Origin: Escherichia coli
GTDB taxonomy: Bacteria > Pseudomonadota > Gammaproteobacteria > Enterobacterales > Enterobacteriaceae
Assembly (NCBI RefSeq): GCF_044324875.1
Contig: NZ_CP172185.1
Strand: one strand, 5' to 3'
DNA length: 64,000 nucleotides
Each line of letters opens with the position of its first letter. The stretch's first letter is position 1. The translations under genes were made by a program, and so were the position numbers. This document shows, piece by piece, positions 34,509 to 44,498 of the stretch. The notes beneath the pieces are model-generated. The model made no database searches. It was not told the origin of the DNA and saw nothing but the letters and a program-made list of their open reading frames with translations.

Positions 34509-34982
34509 TTATTTAAAATTAAAGCCATCCGGATGGTTTTCCAGGCTGCCGGTCAACGCCGCGAACAGCACCGTTTTACCATCAATCGAAAGCGCATCGT
34601 TCACATTCAACCAGGTGAGTTTCTCTTGCGACGTTTTCTCATCAATAGTCGAGAACAGCCCCGTCATCTGATTAGATTTCTCGGACCACATCACAGCGAT
34701 ACGTTGCGAGCCACAGTCATGCGGTTTGCACGCGCTCATCACCTGATACGTCTCATCTCCCAACGTTACGGTTTGTGCAGGGGTATAAGTCCCGCCTTTC
34801 ATCACCCAGGCAGGCAGCTTATGCCCTTGCACCATCTGATTAAACGCAGCTTTGGTGGTTTCGCCCTTTGCAAGGCTGCTAATGGTTAAATCATCCTGCG
34901 CCATTGCACTGGTGGCGATGACCAGAGCGGCGACTGTCGTTATTGCCTTAAACATCATTCCTCCCGAGCTTATCCTGCCCAT
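34509..34982 (-). CDS. ivy: Inhibitor of vertebrate lysozyme
   Basis: 157-aa ORF with signal peptide and the CKPHDCG loop characteristic of Ivy. Confidence 0.9.
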   Translation of the reverse strand: MGRISSGGMMFKAITTVAALVIATSAMAQDDLTISSLAKGETTKAAFNQMVQGHKLPAWVMKGGTYTPAQTVTLGDETYQVMSACKPHDCGSQRIAVMWSEKSNQMTGLFSTIDEKTSQEKLTWLNVNDALSIDGKTVLFAALTGSLENHPDGFNFK

Positions 34983-35135
34983 GTTATTAACCTCCTAAAG
35001 CCTGGCGATAACACGATAATTTGCAAATCAGATATTTCCAATATCAGCATTTGTTATCAATTTATTCTGCGCTAAGGCAACTGCCTGATAAGGTGTTAAA
35101 GTTATAAAACCCTTCGCATAAAGGAGTTGTACACC

Positions 35136-35906
35136 GTGCCTGGTTTGAAGATTACGCTTTTGCAGCAACCACTGGTGTGGATGGATGGTCCTGCCAACCT
35201 GCGTCATTTTGATCGTCAACTGGAAGATATTACCGGACGCGATGTGATCGTTCTACCGGAGATGTTTACCAGCGGCTTTGCCATGGAAGCGGCAGCTTCG
35301 TCGCTAGCACAAGATGACGTAGTGAACTGGATGACAGCCAAAGCGCAGCAGTGCAATGCGCTGATTGCAGGCAGTGTTGCATTACAAACGGAGTCTGGTT
35401 CGGTTAACCGCTTTTTGCTGGTTGAGCCAGGCGGCACGGTACATTTTTATGATAAGCGTCATCTGTTCCGCATGGCAGATGAGCATCTGCATTATAAAGC
35501 GGGCAATGCGCGAGTGATTGTGGAATGGCGCGGCTGGCGTATTTTGCCGCTGGTGTGCTACGACTTACGTTTTCCTGTGTGGTCGCGCAATCTCAACGAT
35601 TACGACCTCGCCCTGTACGTCGCCAACTGGCCGGCTCCGCGCTCTCTGCACTGGCAGGCATTGCTGACGGCCCGCGCGATTGAGAATCAAGCGTATGTGG
35701 CGGGATGCAATCGCGTCGGCAGCGATGGCAACGGCTGCCATTATCGCGGTGACAGCCGGGTGATTAATCCACAGGGCGAGATTATCGCCACCGCCGACGC
35801 GCATCAGGCAACGCGCATTGATGCGGAGCTGTCGATGGCGGCATTGCGGGAATATAGAGAAAAGTTTCCGGCATGGCGGGATGCGGATGAGTTTAGGTTG
35901 TGGTGA
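35136..35906 (+). CDS. yafV: Omega-amidase (nitrilase/C-N hydrolase superfamily)
   Basis: ORF from a GTG start ([18 protein letters not shown]...); last conserved gene before the T6SS island. Confidence 0.9.
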   Translation: MPGLKITLLQQPLVWMDGPANLRHFDRQLEDITGRDVIVLPEMFTSGFAMEAAASSLAQDDVVNWMTAKAQQCNALIAGSVALQTESGSVNRFLLVEPGGTVHFYDKRHLFRMADEHLHYKAGNARVIVEWRGWRILPLVCYDLRFPVWSRNLNDYDLALYVANWPAPRSLHWQALLTARAIENQAYVAGCNRVGSDGNGCHYRGDSRVINPQGEIIATADAHQATRIDAELSMAALREYREKFPAWRDADEFRLW

Positions 35907-35924
35907 GTGGGTGTTGTGTTTAGG

Positions 35925-36150
35925 GCCGGGGAGAGTCGGGCTAAGACTACGAAAGCCCGCTCCCCTGCGACCACTTTTATCATAGGAGTGTGGAAGCGCT
36001 TTTCCATCAATTGCGATGACGTCTTTATCATTTGATGAATGGCAATCTCGCATCCAGTTAATAAAGCATTCGTGAAATTATACTGAACGGATACAAGACA
36101 TAACTCTAATTATGGTGCCGTGAACAGGATTACCATTTTCAAAATTACGA
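35925..36150 (-). mobile_element. Internally deleted fragment of an H-repeat (ISAs1-family) element
   Basis: 35945-35970 matches the 3' end of the transposase ORF at 37380-37400 (acgaaagcccgctcccc), joined directly to sequence matching 38150-38370 (e.g. ttttccatcaattgcgatgacgtctttatcat shared); translation gives [27 protein letters not shown], cf. the full copy [27 protein letters not shown]. Confidence 0.55.
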
Positions 36151-36177
36151 TATTATTTGCAGTAATTATGTTATTAA

Positions 36178-36690
36178 TCATTGTGATATTTCCATCTCTG
36201 TGATTAATACCGGATAAGCATTTAATTGCAGAGTTTGCACGAAATTATCGCAGATAACTGGCAATAACAATAACCCATCAGCCCGCTGCTGTAATACCTC
36301 CATTCGTTCTACTGATTCAACATTAACAACCAAACCAAGGGCATTTAGCGATTTAAGGATCTCCAGATGTTCACTCATCCAGCGCAGAGAAAAAGGATCA
36401 TCACCAATTATAAAAACAGGCCCCCAGCCGGTTAATAACTGGCGTTTCATTACGGAGCCAGGATGAAGTCGAGTACATATTACAGGAAATACCCCCTGTT
36501 GCGATGGTTCCGATGATGTGGATAATTCAGAAATATTTTCCATTGTTAGTGAAGAATTAACATCCATTAATAATGGTGAAACAACCTCACTTTCCTTGCT
36601 AGTAATGGCTGCACTAATCTGAAAGGAAAATAACAATATTATTACGTACAAACTTATTTTTAACATAACACATTCAATCCGTTTATTCAT
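36178..36690 (-). CDS. Hypothetical protein with N-terminal signal/TM segment (possible orphan immunity protein)
   Basis: 170-aa ORF, N-terminal hydrophobic stretch LKISLYVIILLFSFQISAA; AT-rich; no recognised domain. Confidence 0.35.
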   Translation of the reverse strand: MNKRIECVMLKISLYVIILLFSFQISAAITSKESEVVSPLLMDVNSSLTMENISELSTSSEPSQQGVFPVICTRLHPGSVMKRQLLTGWGPVFIIGDDPFSLRWMSEHLEILKSLNALGLVVNVESVERMEVLQQRADGLLLLPVICDNFVQTLQLNAYPVLITEMEISQ

Positions 36691-36756
36691 GTTATAGAAT
36701 AATAATGCTATAAATCATCATTAATGTTCAATTATTTAATCACACAATTTAAAAAA

Positions 36757-37260
36757 TCATCGACCAATGTGAATTGGCAATGTACCACTCAAGTTAAAAT
36801 CACTGAATATTTTATCAATTTCTCTTGCAGTTTCTATATATTTAACCTCTTTCGTACTTGCATTATAAATAGCCCAAGCCTCGGGATGGGATGTTCCACC
36901 AAACCTTACAAAAAAACTTGATTTCATATTATTATATAAATTAACATCAGGAAAAGGATCTTCTCCAAAATTAGTAGTATTAAATAATGAAAGTTCGTAT
37001 CGCTTAGAAAATTCTGTTGGTAGGATAGCTTCACTGCCATCAATAGCATTCATCCAGAGTTTGTTACCATTATATTCCAACAATAATCTCTGTTTTGCAT
37101 GTGTCTTATCTCGTTCTTTAACGACAGCGAATACCTTTTTAACAACTTGCTGTGCGGATGGTCCTATTGTATTACCAAAAGCTGGCAACCCGATTTTGCC
37201 ATAAACACTCTCCTGAATGAAATAAATATCCGTTTTATCGGCCTCGACAATATCTACCAT
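36757..37260 (-). CDS. Hypothetical cytoplasmic protein (possible orphan immunity or toxin-tip protein)
   Basis: 167-aa ORF, AT-rich, no recognised catalytic motif; lies between the two H-repeat copies. Confidence 0.35.
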   Translation of the reverse strand: MVDIVEADKTDIYFIQESVYGKIGLPAFGNTIGPSAQQVVKKVFAVVKERDKTHAKQRLLLEYNGNKLWMNAIDGSEAILPTEFSKRYELSLFNTTNFGEDPFPDVNLYNNMKSSFFVRFGGTSHPEAWAIYNASTKEVKYIETAREIDKIFSDFNLSGTLPIHIGR

Positions 37261-37369
37261 TTATCCCTCCAAACAAGACCTGACTCCAGGACAAGAGCAT
37301 AGTGTGTAGTAAACACTTCATGCTCTTGCCCTGACCATTGAAATAACAACTTTCGTTTGTTTACTGTAC

Positions 37370-38530
37370 CAGGGCAAGATTACGAAAGCCCGCTCCCCGC
37401 AAGGACTGACGCCAGGTAGTTTCTGTCCATGGCTGCTTTTCGCATCTTACGTCTTAACCCTGCCTTGAATACCTTATCATTCGTCAAAATATTAATAGCA
37501 ATGTGCCGTATCCCTGAAAATAATTCTGCTGCGTTTCCTCTTCTTATTTTGCAGTCGTCTTCATTCATTACCACGTCCAGACGCCAGTGCAGCTTATTCT
37601 CCACGTGCCAGTGGTTTCGGATTGCTGTGGCGAACTTCTCTGCGGTTAAATCAGCAGAACTGATATAATATCTGACCGTCATTTCGGGCTCTTTCTTTTG
37701 TTCTGCTATTATTGACCGAAAGGAGACTGCCACGCATAATTTCTTCAGACCTTTCCATTCAAACGTGAAATCAATAAGTTCATCAGGGACATCGCAAACA
37801 ATATGAAGACGGATTTCTTCTCTGCCGTGACTCTTTTCACTCATTGCGTAACTGTCATGCTCTGGATTATTTAATTCTTTCAGTGGGAATTTTTCCTCAA
37901 AGGCTTTATTAAGCCGCCCCTGATTTCCTTTTACAGCGAATAAATAATCACCGCCCTGTTTTTGTATCTTCTCTGCAATATCTTTCTGGCAACCCATCGC
38001 ATCAGTTGTGATGATTTTTCCTTTAATATCCAGCATGTTAAGAAGTTCTGGGATAGCTGTAATCTCATTGGATTTCTCATCCGTCTTGATCTGTCCGATG
38101 ACCAGGCTGTGCATTGTTGAGAACGCACTAATGACATGAATCGCTCCCCTGCGGCGACTCTTGTCATAAGAGTGCCGGAGCGTTTTTCCATCAATTGCGA
38201 TGACGTCTTTATCATCTGAAGTATGGCAGTCTCGCATCCAGTTAATAAAGCACTCGTGAAATTTTGCAGGACTGATACAGGATACAACTCTGGCGATGGT
38301 ATCGTGAACAGGAATACCATTTTCAAAATCACCGTATTGTTTTAAAAAATCGAGATGTGTTTCCCCAAAATCCTCTATATCTTCCCAACCTTCTGCACCC
38401 GAAATAACGGCACAAATAGTCAACAGTAGAATATCCGACAATTTATGTTCCACTTTCCAGGCTTGTCTGTAATCGGGAATAACAGAAATATGCTCCATCA
38501 ATTTTTAAGTTCCATTTTGTTCCCCTTAAT
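37370..38530 (-). mobile_element. H-repeat (ISAs1-family) element, apparently intact
   Basis: Encloses a full-length transposase ORF; ends approximate, inverted repeats not resolved by eye. Confidence 0.6.
37380..38501 (-). CDS. ISAs1-family (H-repeat-associated) transposase
   Basis: 373-aa [50 protein letters not shown]... typical of Rhs-associated H-rpt proteins. Confidence 0.8.
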   Translation of the reverse strand: MMEHISVIPDYRQAWKVEHKLSDILLLTICAVISGAEGWEDIEDFGETHLDFLKQYGDFENGIPVHDTIARVVSCISPAKFHECFINWMRDCHTSDDKDVIAIDGKTLRHSYDKSRRRGAIHVISAFSTMHSLVIGQIKTDEKSNEITAIPELLNMLDIKGKIITTDAMGCQKDIAEKIQKQGGDYLFAVKGNQGRLNKAFEEKFPLKELNNPEHDSYAMSEKSHGREEIRLHIVCDVPDELIDFTFEWKGLKKLCVAVSFRSIIAEQKKEPEMTVRYYISSADLTAEKFATAIRNHWHVENKLHWRLDVVMNEDDCKIRRGNAAELFSGIRHIAINILTNDKVFKAGLRRKMRKAAMDRNYLASVLAGSGLS

Positions 38531-38810
38531 TATGTAAGGAGTATTTGATCATGTATAAGTAATAAAAAACAGCCTCAGGTAATGAGGAATATCTCAAATT
38601 TTAAACATAAAATGCGAATTATTTAGTACAAAAAAGCAGCGTTACGTGATCTTTCCCTGTGCCGGTACCTTTGTCGTTTAATCTGGCAGCTAAAGGCATA
38701 TTGTTTTCCTGTCTGGAATATCAGCGACAAAAAATTTAAAAAACGGTAAGGTGCTTAACTCAGTAATAATCACCTTACCGGACATCCTGATTTGTAGCCC
38801 AACAGGTTAA

Positions 38811-39821
38811 TCAAGTAACAGGGATAAACTGACCATCAATCAGCGAAAATACCGGAGCGTAATACCCCATACGCTCTTCACCACTTTCATCTGTAAAACG
38901 GTAAGTCAGTGGGGAATATATTGGTTTCGATTTATTATATAGCTGCACCATACGTCCACCATTCATAACCCGGACGGCATAATCGTCCCACCTGATGGGC
39001 TGCATTCTGGCTTTCCCTCCCTCCACATTATCTTTTGAGAAGAGTGAGAGTAATATGTCATCCTCAGAGTCACCGGTTGTGGCTGACCATGCCTTCAGCG
39101 CCTCTTTGTTATAAGCTTTCAGACGTGCCCTGTCCCGGCTACTGATGATGCTTGCCATTTCGGTATAGGCGGCTTTTAACTTCCGTAACTGCTCGTCGCT
39201 TCCGGTATAGGGGGTTGCCCGCGTCCAGGCCCATTCAGGAAGCCCTGTCACGGTAACTTTTTGAGTGAACTGATACACCTTCATCCCTTTCGGGAAATAG
39301 GTTTCATCAAAATAATCTGGATCAATAAATCCTGGCTCCGCCTGCTCAGCCAAAATCTCTTTCCGGATAACGGGATGCACGCTGTCTGGCCGGGCTTCAG
39401 GTATGCCCTGCTGGTTGATGGTCACTTTTATTGAAGAAAGCAGCGTTTCCTCCTGTTTAATAAAACGAACCAAATCCAGGCTGCATCCTGCTTTTGGAAA
39501 AAAACGCCCCCGTTCTTCCATACTGGCAGGCTTGTCAGAAAACCATCCTAATGCCCCAATCTCCAGACTGATTTCATTTTCTCCATTCGCCATCAGCATC
39601 ATGGCATTGGTGCTGGATATGGCCCCGGTTGAATCACCATTTGCCCGCCAGGCACTTCTTCGGTTACTGAACCCGAGGACGCCATTAGTCTTAATGGCAC
39701 AATATGACTCTTCAATATTAAACTTACTGCGAATTTTTTGCTGGTTATCGTTAGAGCAAAATCCAGTTCCCATAACAACTCCTGACAGTAAAATAACCGA
39801 TATTAAATGTTTTGCCTTCAT
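38811..39821 (-). CDS. Secreted protein, candidate T6SS immunity protein
   Basis: 336-aa ORF with signal peptide and cysteine at the end of the hydrophobic region (MKAKHLISVILLSGVVMGTGFC); immediately downstream of the candidate effector; AT-rich. Confidence 0.45.
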   Translation of the reverse strand: MKAKHLISVILLSGVVMGTGFCSNDNQQKIRSKFNIEESYCAIKTNGVLGFSNRRSAWRANGDSTGAISSTNAMMLMANGENEISLEIGALGWFSDKPASMEERGRFFPKAGCSLDLVRFIKQEETLLSSIKVTINQQGIPEARPDSVHPVIRKEILAEQAEPGFIDPDYFDETYFPKGMKVYQFTQKVTVTGLPEWAWTRATPYTGSDEQLRKLKAAYTEMASIISSRDRARLKAYNKEALKAWSATTGDSEDDILLSLFSKDNVEGGKARMQPIRWDDYAVRVMNGGRMVQLYNKSKPIYSPLTYRFTDESGEERMGYYAPVFSLIDGQFIPVT

Positions 39822-39887
39822 AATTATTCTCTCTCAAAAGGGGAAAATACTCATTATACTGTTCACTTTTAATTTCTGTAATATCAC

Positions 39888-41459
39888 TTAATAATCCATA
39901 CCTATCGTCCACGTTGTCACTGGCTTCGGCGGTGTTACTTTTTTCTCCACAGTGCGTTCTTTACCGTATAAATTAACCCGTAATGGTGAATCCTTTACCT
40001 CCATAGGATCACATAACTGCCACTCAACGGTATCTTTCTTCTCAGGTTTTTCGCTCTTTTCCTTCCCCTTTCCTTTTTCATCAACTTCACCATGAGACAC
40101 ATCAATCTTAAATTCAAACTTCCCTTTAATGCCGTCATGAAATAATGCTAGGTCCAGTCCGTCATCATGTGAATCAAATCCAAATCCAGCTTTCGCTTCT
40201 ATAGAGGCAGTCGCTTCGGCGGTCAGTTGTACAACAAAAACATTCGCCTCAAACGTCGCACTCACCACACCTTTTAAACCGAGCTTGATGTTACTTTCCT
40301 TTACATTAAACTCCCATTTTTTATCCTTTTCAGCGTATACTGCGCCAAGATCAAGATTAATCTCCGCTGAAATCTCGATATAGCATTCAACACTGGCTCC
40401 GTTTTTACGGAGATATTCACGACATCTGTTGACCAATGACTCGACTTTACAATATGCACATATAAATGAAATAATATCGAATCTGAACGACGCTTCAAAA
40501 AATGGGGCACCAAACAAACCATAAAAATGACAGGGGCCATCCTGGATATCGGTATATTGATAGGCATACGATATACCCAGTTTAACGGGTTCTATTTTTG
40601 CACTGAACAATGCATATTTGCGCGTACCATTATTATTGTCAGGATCTGGCGCAAAATATTTATTGACATTCTTGACCAGAGAGTCAATTCTTCCTATCTG
40701 TTCCAGTTGCTTTGTTTGTCGAAGTTTTTTTATCTCTTTTTCATATTCACTTGTGTGTTCAACATTAGCTATTTTTACGCCAAAATCGACAGTCAGGGAA
40801 GTCTTGTTTATCCACTCAAACTCAGCAGTGGTATTTGTCCAGCCGCTACGGAGTTTATTTTTATCCCTGGGCTTGGTGTTCTCCATTGCGTCCCTGGCTT
40901 TTATTCTTTCGTCACGCCGCTCTTTTACTGTTCTCGTCTGTTTTGATGACGAAATCTCATAGCTGAACCCTGTAGTAAACCTAATTTCCACTGTAGGATA
41001 AACATCAATTTCAACATAATTGCCACATTCGTAACAACTGTCAATTCTGACTGAATAATGGGCAGGTTCATAATGATTCTTAAGTGGAGAGGATATTGCC
41101 CCCAAATAATCCCATGGTACTCGAAATGTACCCATAGCAATTATTTCACCTTCAGACAAGTTATCATCCAAAGTGACCTTATTAGGTATTCCGAAAGGTT
41201 GCAGTATCTTATGATTATTTTCTGATTCTTCCTCTAACCATGCCTCATGTGTTCCACTTTTATCGCACTGGTAGGTAATGGTAATTATACCATCACATCC
41301 GGAACCATCATCCAGTAGCTTAAAACGCGCCACTCCTTCTTTTGACCAGAAATGTTTCTCGCCGGCCTCTGGAAAATCACTAATAACATCAAAAATACAT
41401 GGATCAGGAATGCCGCATTCCACACAGGGCTTTCCGGCTGTCGAAGATGGAGATGTCAT
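39888..41459 (-). CDS. Candidate T6SS cargo effector of unknown function
   Basis: 523-aa ORF downstream of the DUF4123 adaptor gene; Cys-rich N-terminus (CVECGIPDPC, CYECGNY), charged coiled-coil-like middle, Lys/Glu-rich C-terminus; no motif I recognise; AT-rich. Confidence 0.45.
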   Translation of the reverse strand: MTSPSSTAGKPCVECGIPDPCIFDVISDFPEAGEKHFWSKEGVARFKLLDDGSGCDGIITITYQCDKSGTHEAWLEEESENNHKILQPFGIPNKVTLDDNLSEGEIIAMGTFRVPWDYLGAISSPLKNHYEPAHYSVRIDSCYECGNYVEIDVYPTVEIRFTTGFSYEISSSKQTRTVKERRDERIKARDAMENTKPRDKNKLRSGWTNTTAEFEWINKTSLTVDFGVKIANVEHTSEYEKEIKKLRQTKQLEQIGRIDSLVKNVNKYFAPDPDNNNGTRKYALFSAKIEPVKLGISYAYQYTDIQDGPCHFYGLFGAPFFEASFRFDIISFICAYCKVESLVNRCREYLRKNGASVECYIEISAEINLDLGAVYAEKDKKWEFNVKESNIKLGLKGVVSATFEANVFVVQLTAEATASIEAKAGFGFDSHDDGLDLALFHDGIKGKFEFKIDVSHGEVDEKGKGKEKSEKPEKKDTVEWQLCDPMEVKDSPLRVNLYGKERTVEKKVTPPKPVTTWTIGMDY

Positions 41460-41480
41460 ATAATCTATCCGTTTGTCTTT

Positions 41481-42323
41481 TTATTGTGGGATAAATCCCA
41501 GTTCCTGTTGTGCAAGTTCATGTACCCGAATATGTCCCGGGTATGACTGATTGCTGAGTTGTTCATACCAGTCATCCGGAATATATCTGAGATCGATTAT
41601 ATTTTTTTTCAGTAATATAAGCGTCATTGTTCTGACGGAACGATCATCTGCTATATTTAATGACTGGCAAAAAGAGAAATAATCTTCTGCCAGAATTCGG
41701 GATGATTCAGCTTTTGATGAATCATCCCATCCGTTTTTATCTACATTTTCTTCGATAAATGCAGATAATATATCAAGATAATTATCCCGTGCCTTTCGTT
41801 CCAGTTGGCTATATTGTCTGTAACTCAGCGTCAGTTGTGATGGCCGTTCTGCCCTTATATTCATAGTTTCTGCGGGACGGACGGAAGAAAAATTATCCTC
41901 ACGACATTCTTCACCATAACGGGTACTTAGCTGTCTGACGGGACTGATAAAAGAAAGACGCTGGCGGGGGGTCAGAACTTCCACTAATACCCATATATTC
42001 CGGGGATCATAAAATCGCATGAGAACAGGTTTCTCCTGTTCGGGGATCCTAACCCACAGATAACGTCTGAAGTGTTGCTGTAGCTCACGCATGGATGACT
42101 CAGAAGTCAGATATATTCCCCATGGCGACGCCTTAACACTCAGCCATGCTTCAACCTCCGGAACGACTTCCACGAGATAGGGGGCTAGCGCGACCAGATC
42201 CAGTTGTATGGGTTCTGCATACAGACAACAGTGCGGGGGATTCACCTCGTTCAGAAAATCCAGCAATCCTTCCTCCACAGCGCCATCCACAATGGCGTAC
42301 TGCACGGGTGCCGTTTCCATCAC
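41481..42323 (-). CDS. DUF4123-family T6SS effector adaptor/chaperone (Tap/Tec-like)
   Basis: 280-aa ORF with the family's N-terminal YAIVDGA-type motif; start overlaps the vgrG stop (ATGA). Confidence 0.7.
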   Translation of the reverse strand: MMETAPVQYAIVDGAVEEGLLDFLNEVNPPHCCLYAEPIQLDLVALAPYLVEVVPEVEAWLSVKASPWGIYLTSESSMRELQQHFRRYLWVRIPEQEKPVLMRFYDPRNIWVLVEVLTPRQRLSFISPVRQLSTRYGEECREDNFSSVRPAETMNIRAERPSQLTLSYRQYSQLERKARDNYLDILSAFIEENVDKNGWDDSSKAESSRILAEDYFSFCQSLNIADDRSVRTMTLILLKKNIIDLRYIPDDWYEQLSNQSYPGHIRVHELAQQELGFIPQ

Positions 42324-44278
42324 TTATCCTCCTTCGGGCAGTGCGCCACAAACATTGTCCCGCTTCCGGCTGCGGCTTTCAGGATCACCGGGCGCATCGG
42401 CAGGATCACGTCTCCCGGACTGCCTCCGCCGTTAAGATTGATTTTCGCGCCCTTAATATCCACGCCGCCGGAATGGATCACCACAAATGAACCGCCCACC
42501 CGCAGACTGATTTTGCTGTCGCTCTGTAAAACAATATCGCCCTGTACGCTGATACCCAGCGCGCCGCTTATTTTCTGTGCCAGATCGCCTTTCACCTCCA
42601 GCCCCTGATTGCCCTCTGTCAGGCTGACATGGTCTTTGGTGGTTTTATGGTCCTGTTTACCTTCAACCGTCACTTTCCGGTCATTTGCCACCACCAGGGA
42701 TTCATCATGCCCGATGCTGACCGTCCGGTCATAGTTGACCCGCTTATCCTTGCTGTTCAGCACAACGACTTGCATATTTTTCTGTGCGTGCAGGTAAATT
42801 TCTTCCTTGTCCGTCGCGTCCTCGAACCGCAGTTCATTAAAGCCGCTTCCTTTATAGGTCTTCGATCGTATCGTCATCTGCGTCTTCGTCCCCGGCAGAC
42901 TCCCCGGCGAACGGTTGTCCTCATGGTACGTCCGCCCCATGATTATCGGCTGGTCCGGGTCGCCGTTCAGGAAGTCTACAATCACTTCCTGGCCGATGCG
43001 CGGTATCGCCAGGTTACCAAATCCCGGCCCCGCCCACGCCTGCGACACCCTCACCCAGCATGAACTCGCCTCCGTTGCCGGGTTATACCTGTCCCAGTGA
43101 AACTGCACTCGCACACGTCCGTGTTCGTCGCAGAAGATTTCCTCTCCCGCAGGACCGGTGACAATGGCGCTCTGTGGCCCGTCCACCTTCGGTTTGCTTT
43201 GCAGCCGTGGACGCCACGTCCGGTCCGCCGGTATCACCTCTAACTGATTTCCCAGCATGGTTCCTCTCCCCTGGCTGCCGTGCAGCGCCTGCGGCTGGTC
43301 CCCTGACAGAATACTCTGTACCACCTGCCATTCACGGTTCAGCATCTTCTGCGGATGCCCCGTCAGCGTAAACCGCGTTCCCGGCCACAGCTTCGGTGAA
43401 TTACTCTGCCCTGTGGCCTTTTCCGCATCACTGCGCAGGCTCTCCATCTGGTACAGCGTGAAATCCTTGCCGTGCTGTTCATCCTTGAACCTTCCCGGAT
43501 AATCAAATATCTCATACTGCTCCAGCTGTCCGTTCAGGTTCTCACCCTGCTGCTCATACATCCCCGGCCAGTCCGGCACCTTAAACGTGTAATCCTGGCT
43601 CTGCACCGACGACGGGCGGACATACGCCTCATAACGGAACATACTGACACACTCTGTCTCCGCTCCTGCCGATGTGTCCGGGTTAAACGGAAGCTCTCCC
43701 GCCTGTGACAGCCCCGCCACATCGTCGCACAGCGTCAGCTTCTGCTCCGGACTGTCCGCCGCAAACCGCTCAAAGAAGAAAATTCCCTCCTCCGCCCACA
43801 ACCGCGCCAGAAACGCCAGGTCGCTTTCCCCGTACTGGACACAGAACTCCCGCGCCGGATGGTCCTCATAAAACAGCGGTGTCCACTCCGTGACGCCGTT
43901 CTCGTTCAGTAACGTGGCCGATATCGTCCGGATATCCTGCTGCTGGAAGATACGGAAGTTCTGCCGCAGCCCGCACCGCCATAACGGCGGCTCAATACGC
44001 AGGTGATAACGCATCTGCCAGCCATTGTTCTCCTGCATGCCAAAACCCGCCACCACGCCGGTGACATAACGCAGCGGGATGACGCCCTGCCAGATGGTCA
44101 GCGTCGCCTTCTTCTCCAGCAGCATCTCCGCCGTCTGCATAAAAGAGTCGCTGGCAACATCCACACTCATCACAAACGGATAAGACTGGTTCTGGATTAA
44201 CCTGAAATGCACCACTGCAAAGGTGTCCGGCTCCTGGCCGTCAATCTCCAGCGTAAAGCGCAGACCTTTTAAGGACAT
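42320..44278 (-). CDS. vgrG: T6SS spike protein VgrG
   Basis: 652-aa ORF MSLKGLRFTLEIDGQE... with gp27/gp5-like VgrG architecture and C-terminal beta-helical repeats. Confidence 0.9.
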   Translation of the reverse strand: MSLKGLRFTLEIDGQEPDTFAVVHFRLIQNQSYPFVMSVDVASDSFMQTAEMLLEKKATLTIWQGVIPLRYVTGVVAGFGMQENNGWQMRYHLRIEPPLWRCGLRQNFRIFQQQDIRTISATLLNENGVTEWTPLFYEDHPAREFCVQYGESDLAFLARLWAEEGIFFFERFAADSPEQKLTLCDDVAGLSQAGELPFNPDTSAGAETECVSMFRYEAYVRPSSVQSQDYTFKVPDWPGMYEQQGENLNGQLEQYEIFDYPGRFKDEQHGKDFTLYQMESLRSDAEKATGQSNSPKLWPGTRFTLTGHPQKMLNREWQVVQSILSGDQPQALHGSQGRGTMLGNQLEVIPADRTWRPRLQSKPKVDGPQSAIVTGPAGEEIFCDEHGRVRVQFHWDRYNPATEASSCWVRVSQAWAGPGFGNLAIPRIGQEVIVDFLNGDPDQPIIMGRTYHEDNRSPGSLPGTKTQMTIRSKTYKGSGFNELRFEDATDKEEIYLHAQKNMQVVVLNSKDKRVNYDRTVSIGHDESLVVANDRKVTVEGKQDHKTTKDHVSLTEGNQGLEVKGDLAQKISGALGISVQGDIVLQSDSKISLRVGGSFVVIHSGGVDIKGAKINLNGGGSPGDVILPMRPVILKAAAGSGTMFVAHCPKEDK

Positions 44279-44452
44279 AATGACCTCCCTGATTTATTCA
44301 CGGACCAAATGATTCTTACCATGCAGCAAAGGGTGCCAGTGCAGCGTTACACTCATCTTTACATTTTCAGGTACGCTACCGCCCGGGTTTCCGGCATCCG
44401 CCATCTCCCTCATGAAAGCGTAACTCCTTACTGACACTCATTTTTTACACGT

Positions 44453-44488
44453 ACAAAAACAACATCCTGCACGAAGGCAGGATGTTGT
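44453..44488 (-). terminator. Hairpin terminator/attenuator between hcp and vgrG
   Basis: Minus-strand CAACATCCTGCC-ttcgtg-GGCAGGATGTTG followed by TTTTTG immediately after the hcp stop. Confidence 0.45.
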
Positions 44489-44498
44489 TGACTCAGAT

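Noticed and set aside
39888-41459. Assignment of the 523-aa cargo protein to the Tle1 (DUF2235) phospholipase effector family
   Set aside because: I could not find the DUF2235-type N-terminal region or a GxSxG nucleophile elbow in the translation, so the protein is left as unknown rather than given a family name.
42320-44278. Possibility that VgrG carries a C-terminal toxin extension (evolved VgrG)
   Set aside because: At 652 aa it ends soon after the gp5-like beta-helical repeats with no additional domain-sized extension; the cargo is more likely delivered via the downstream DUF4123 adaptor.
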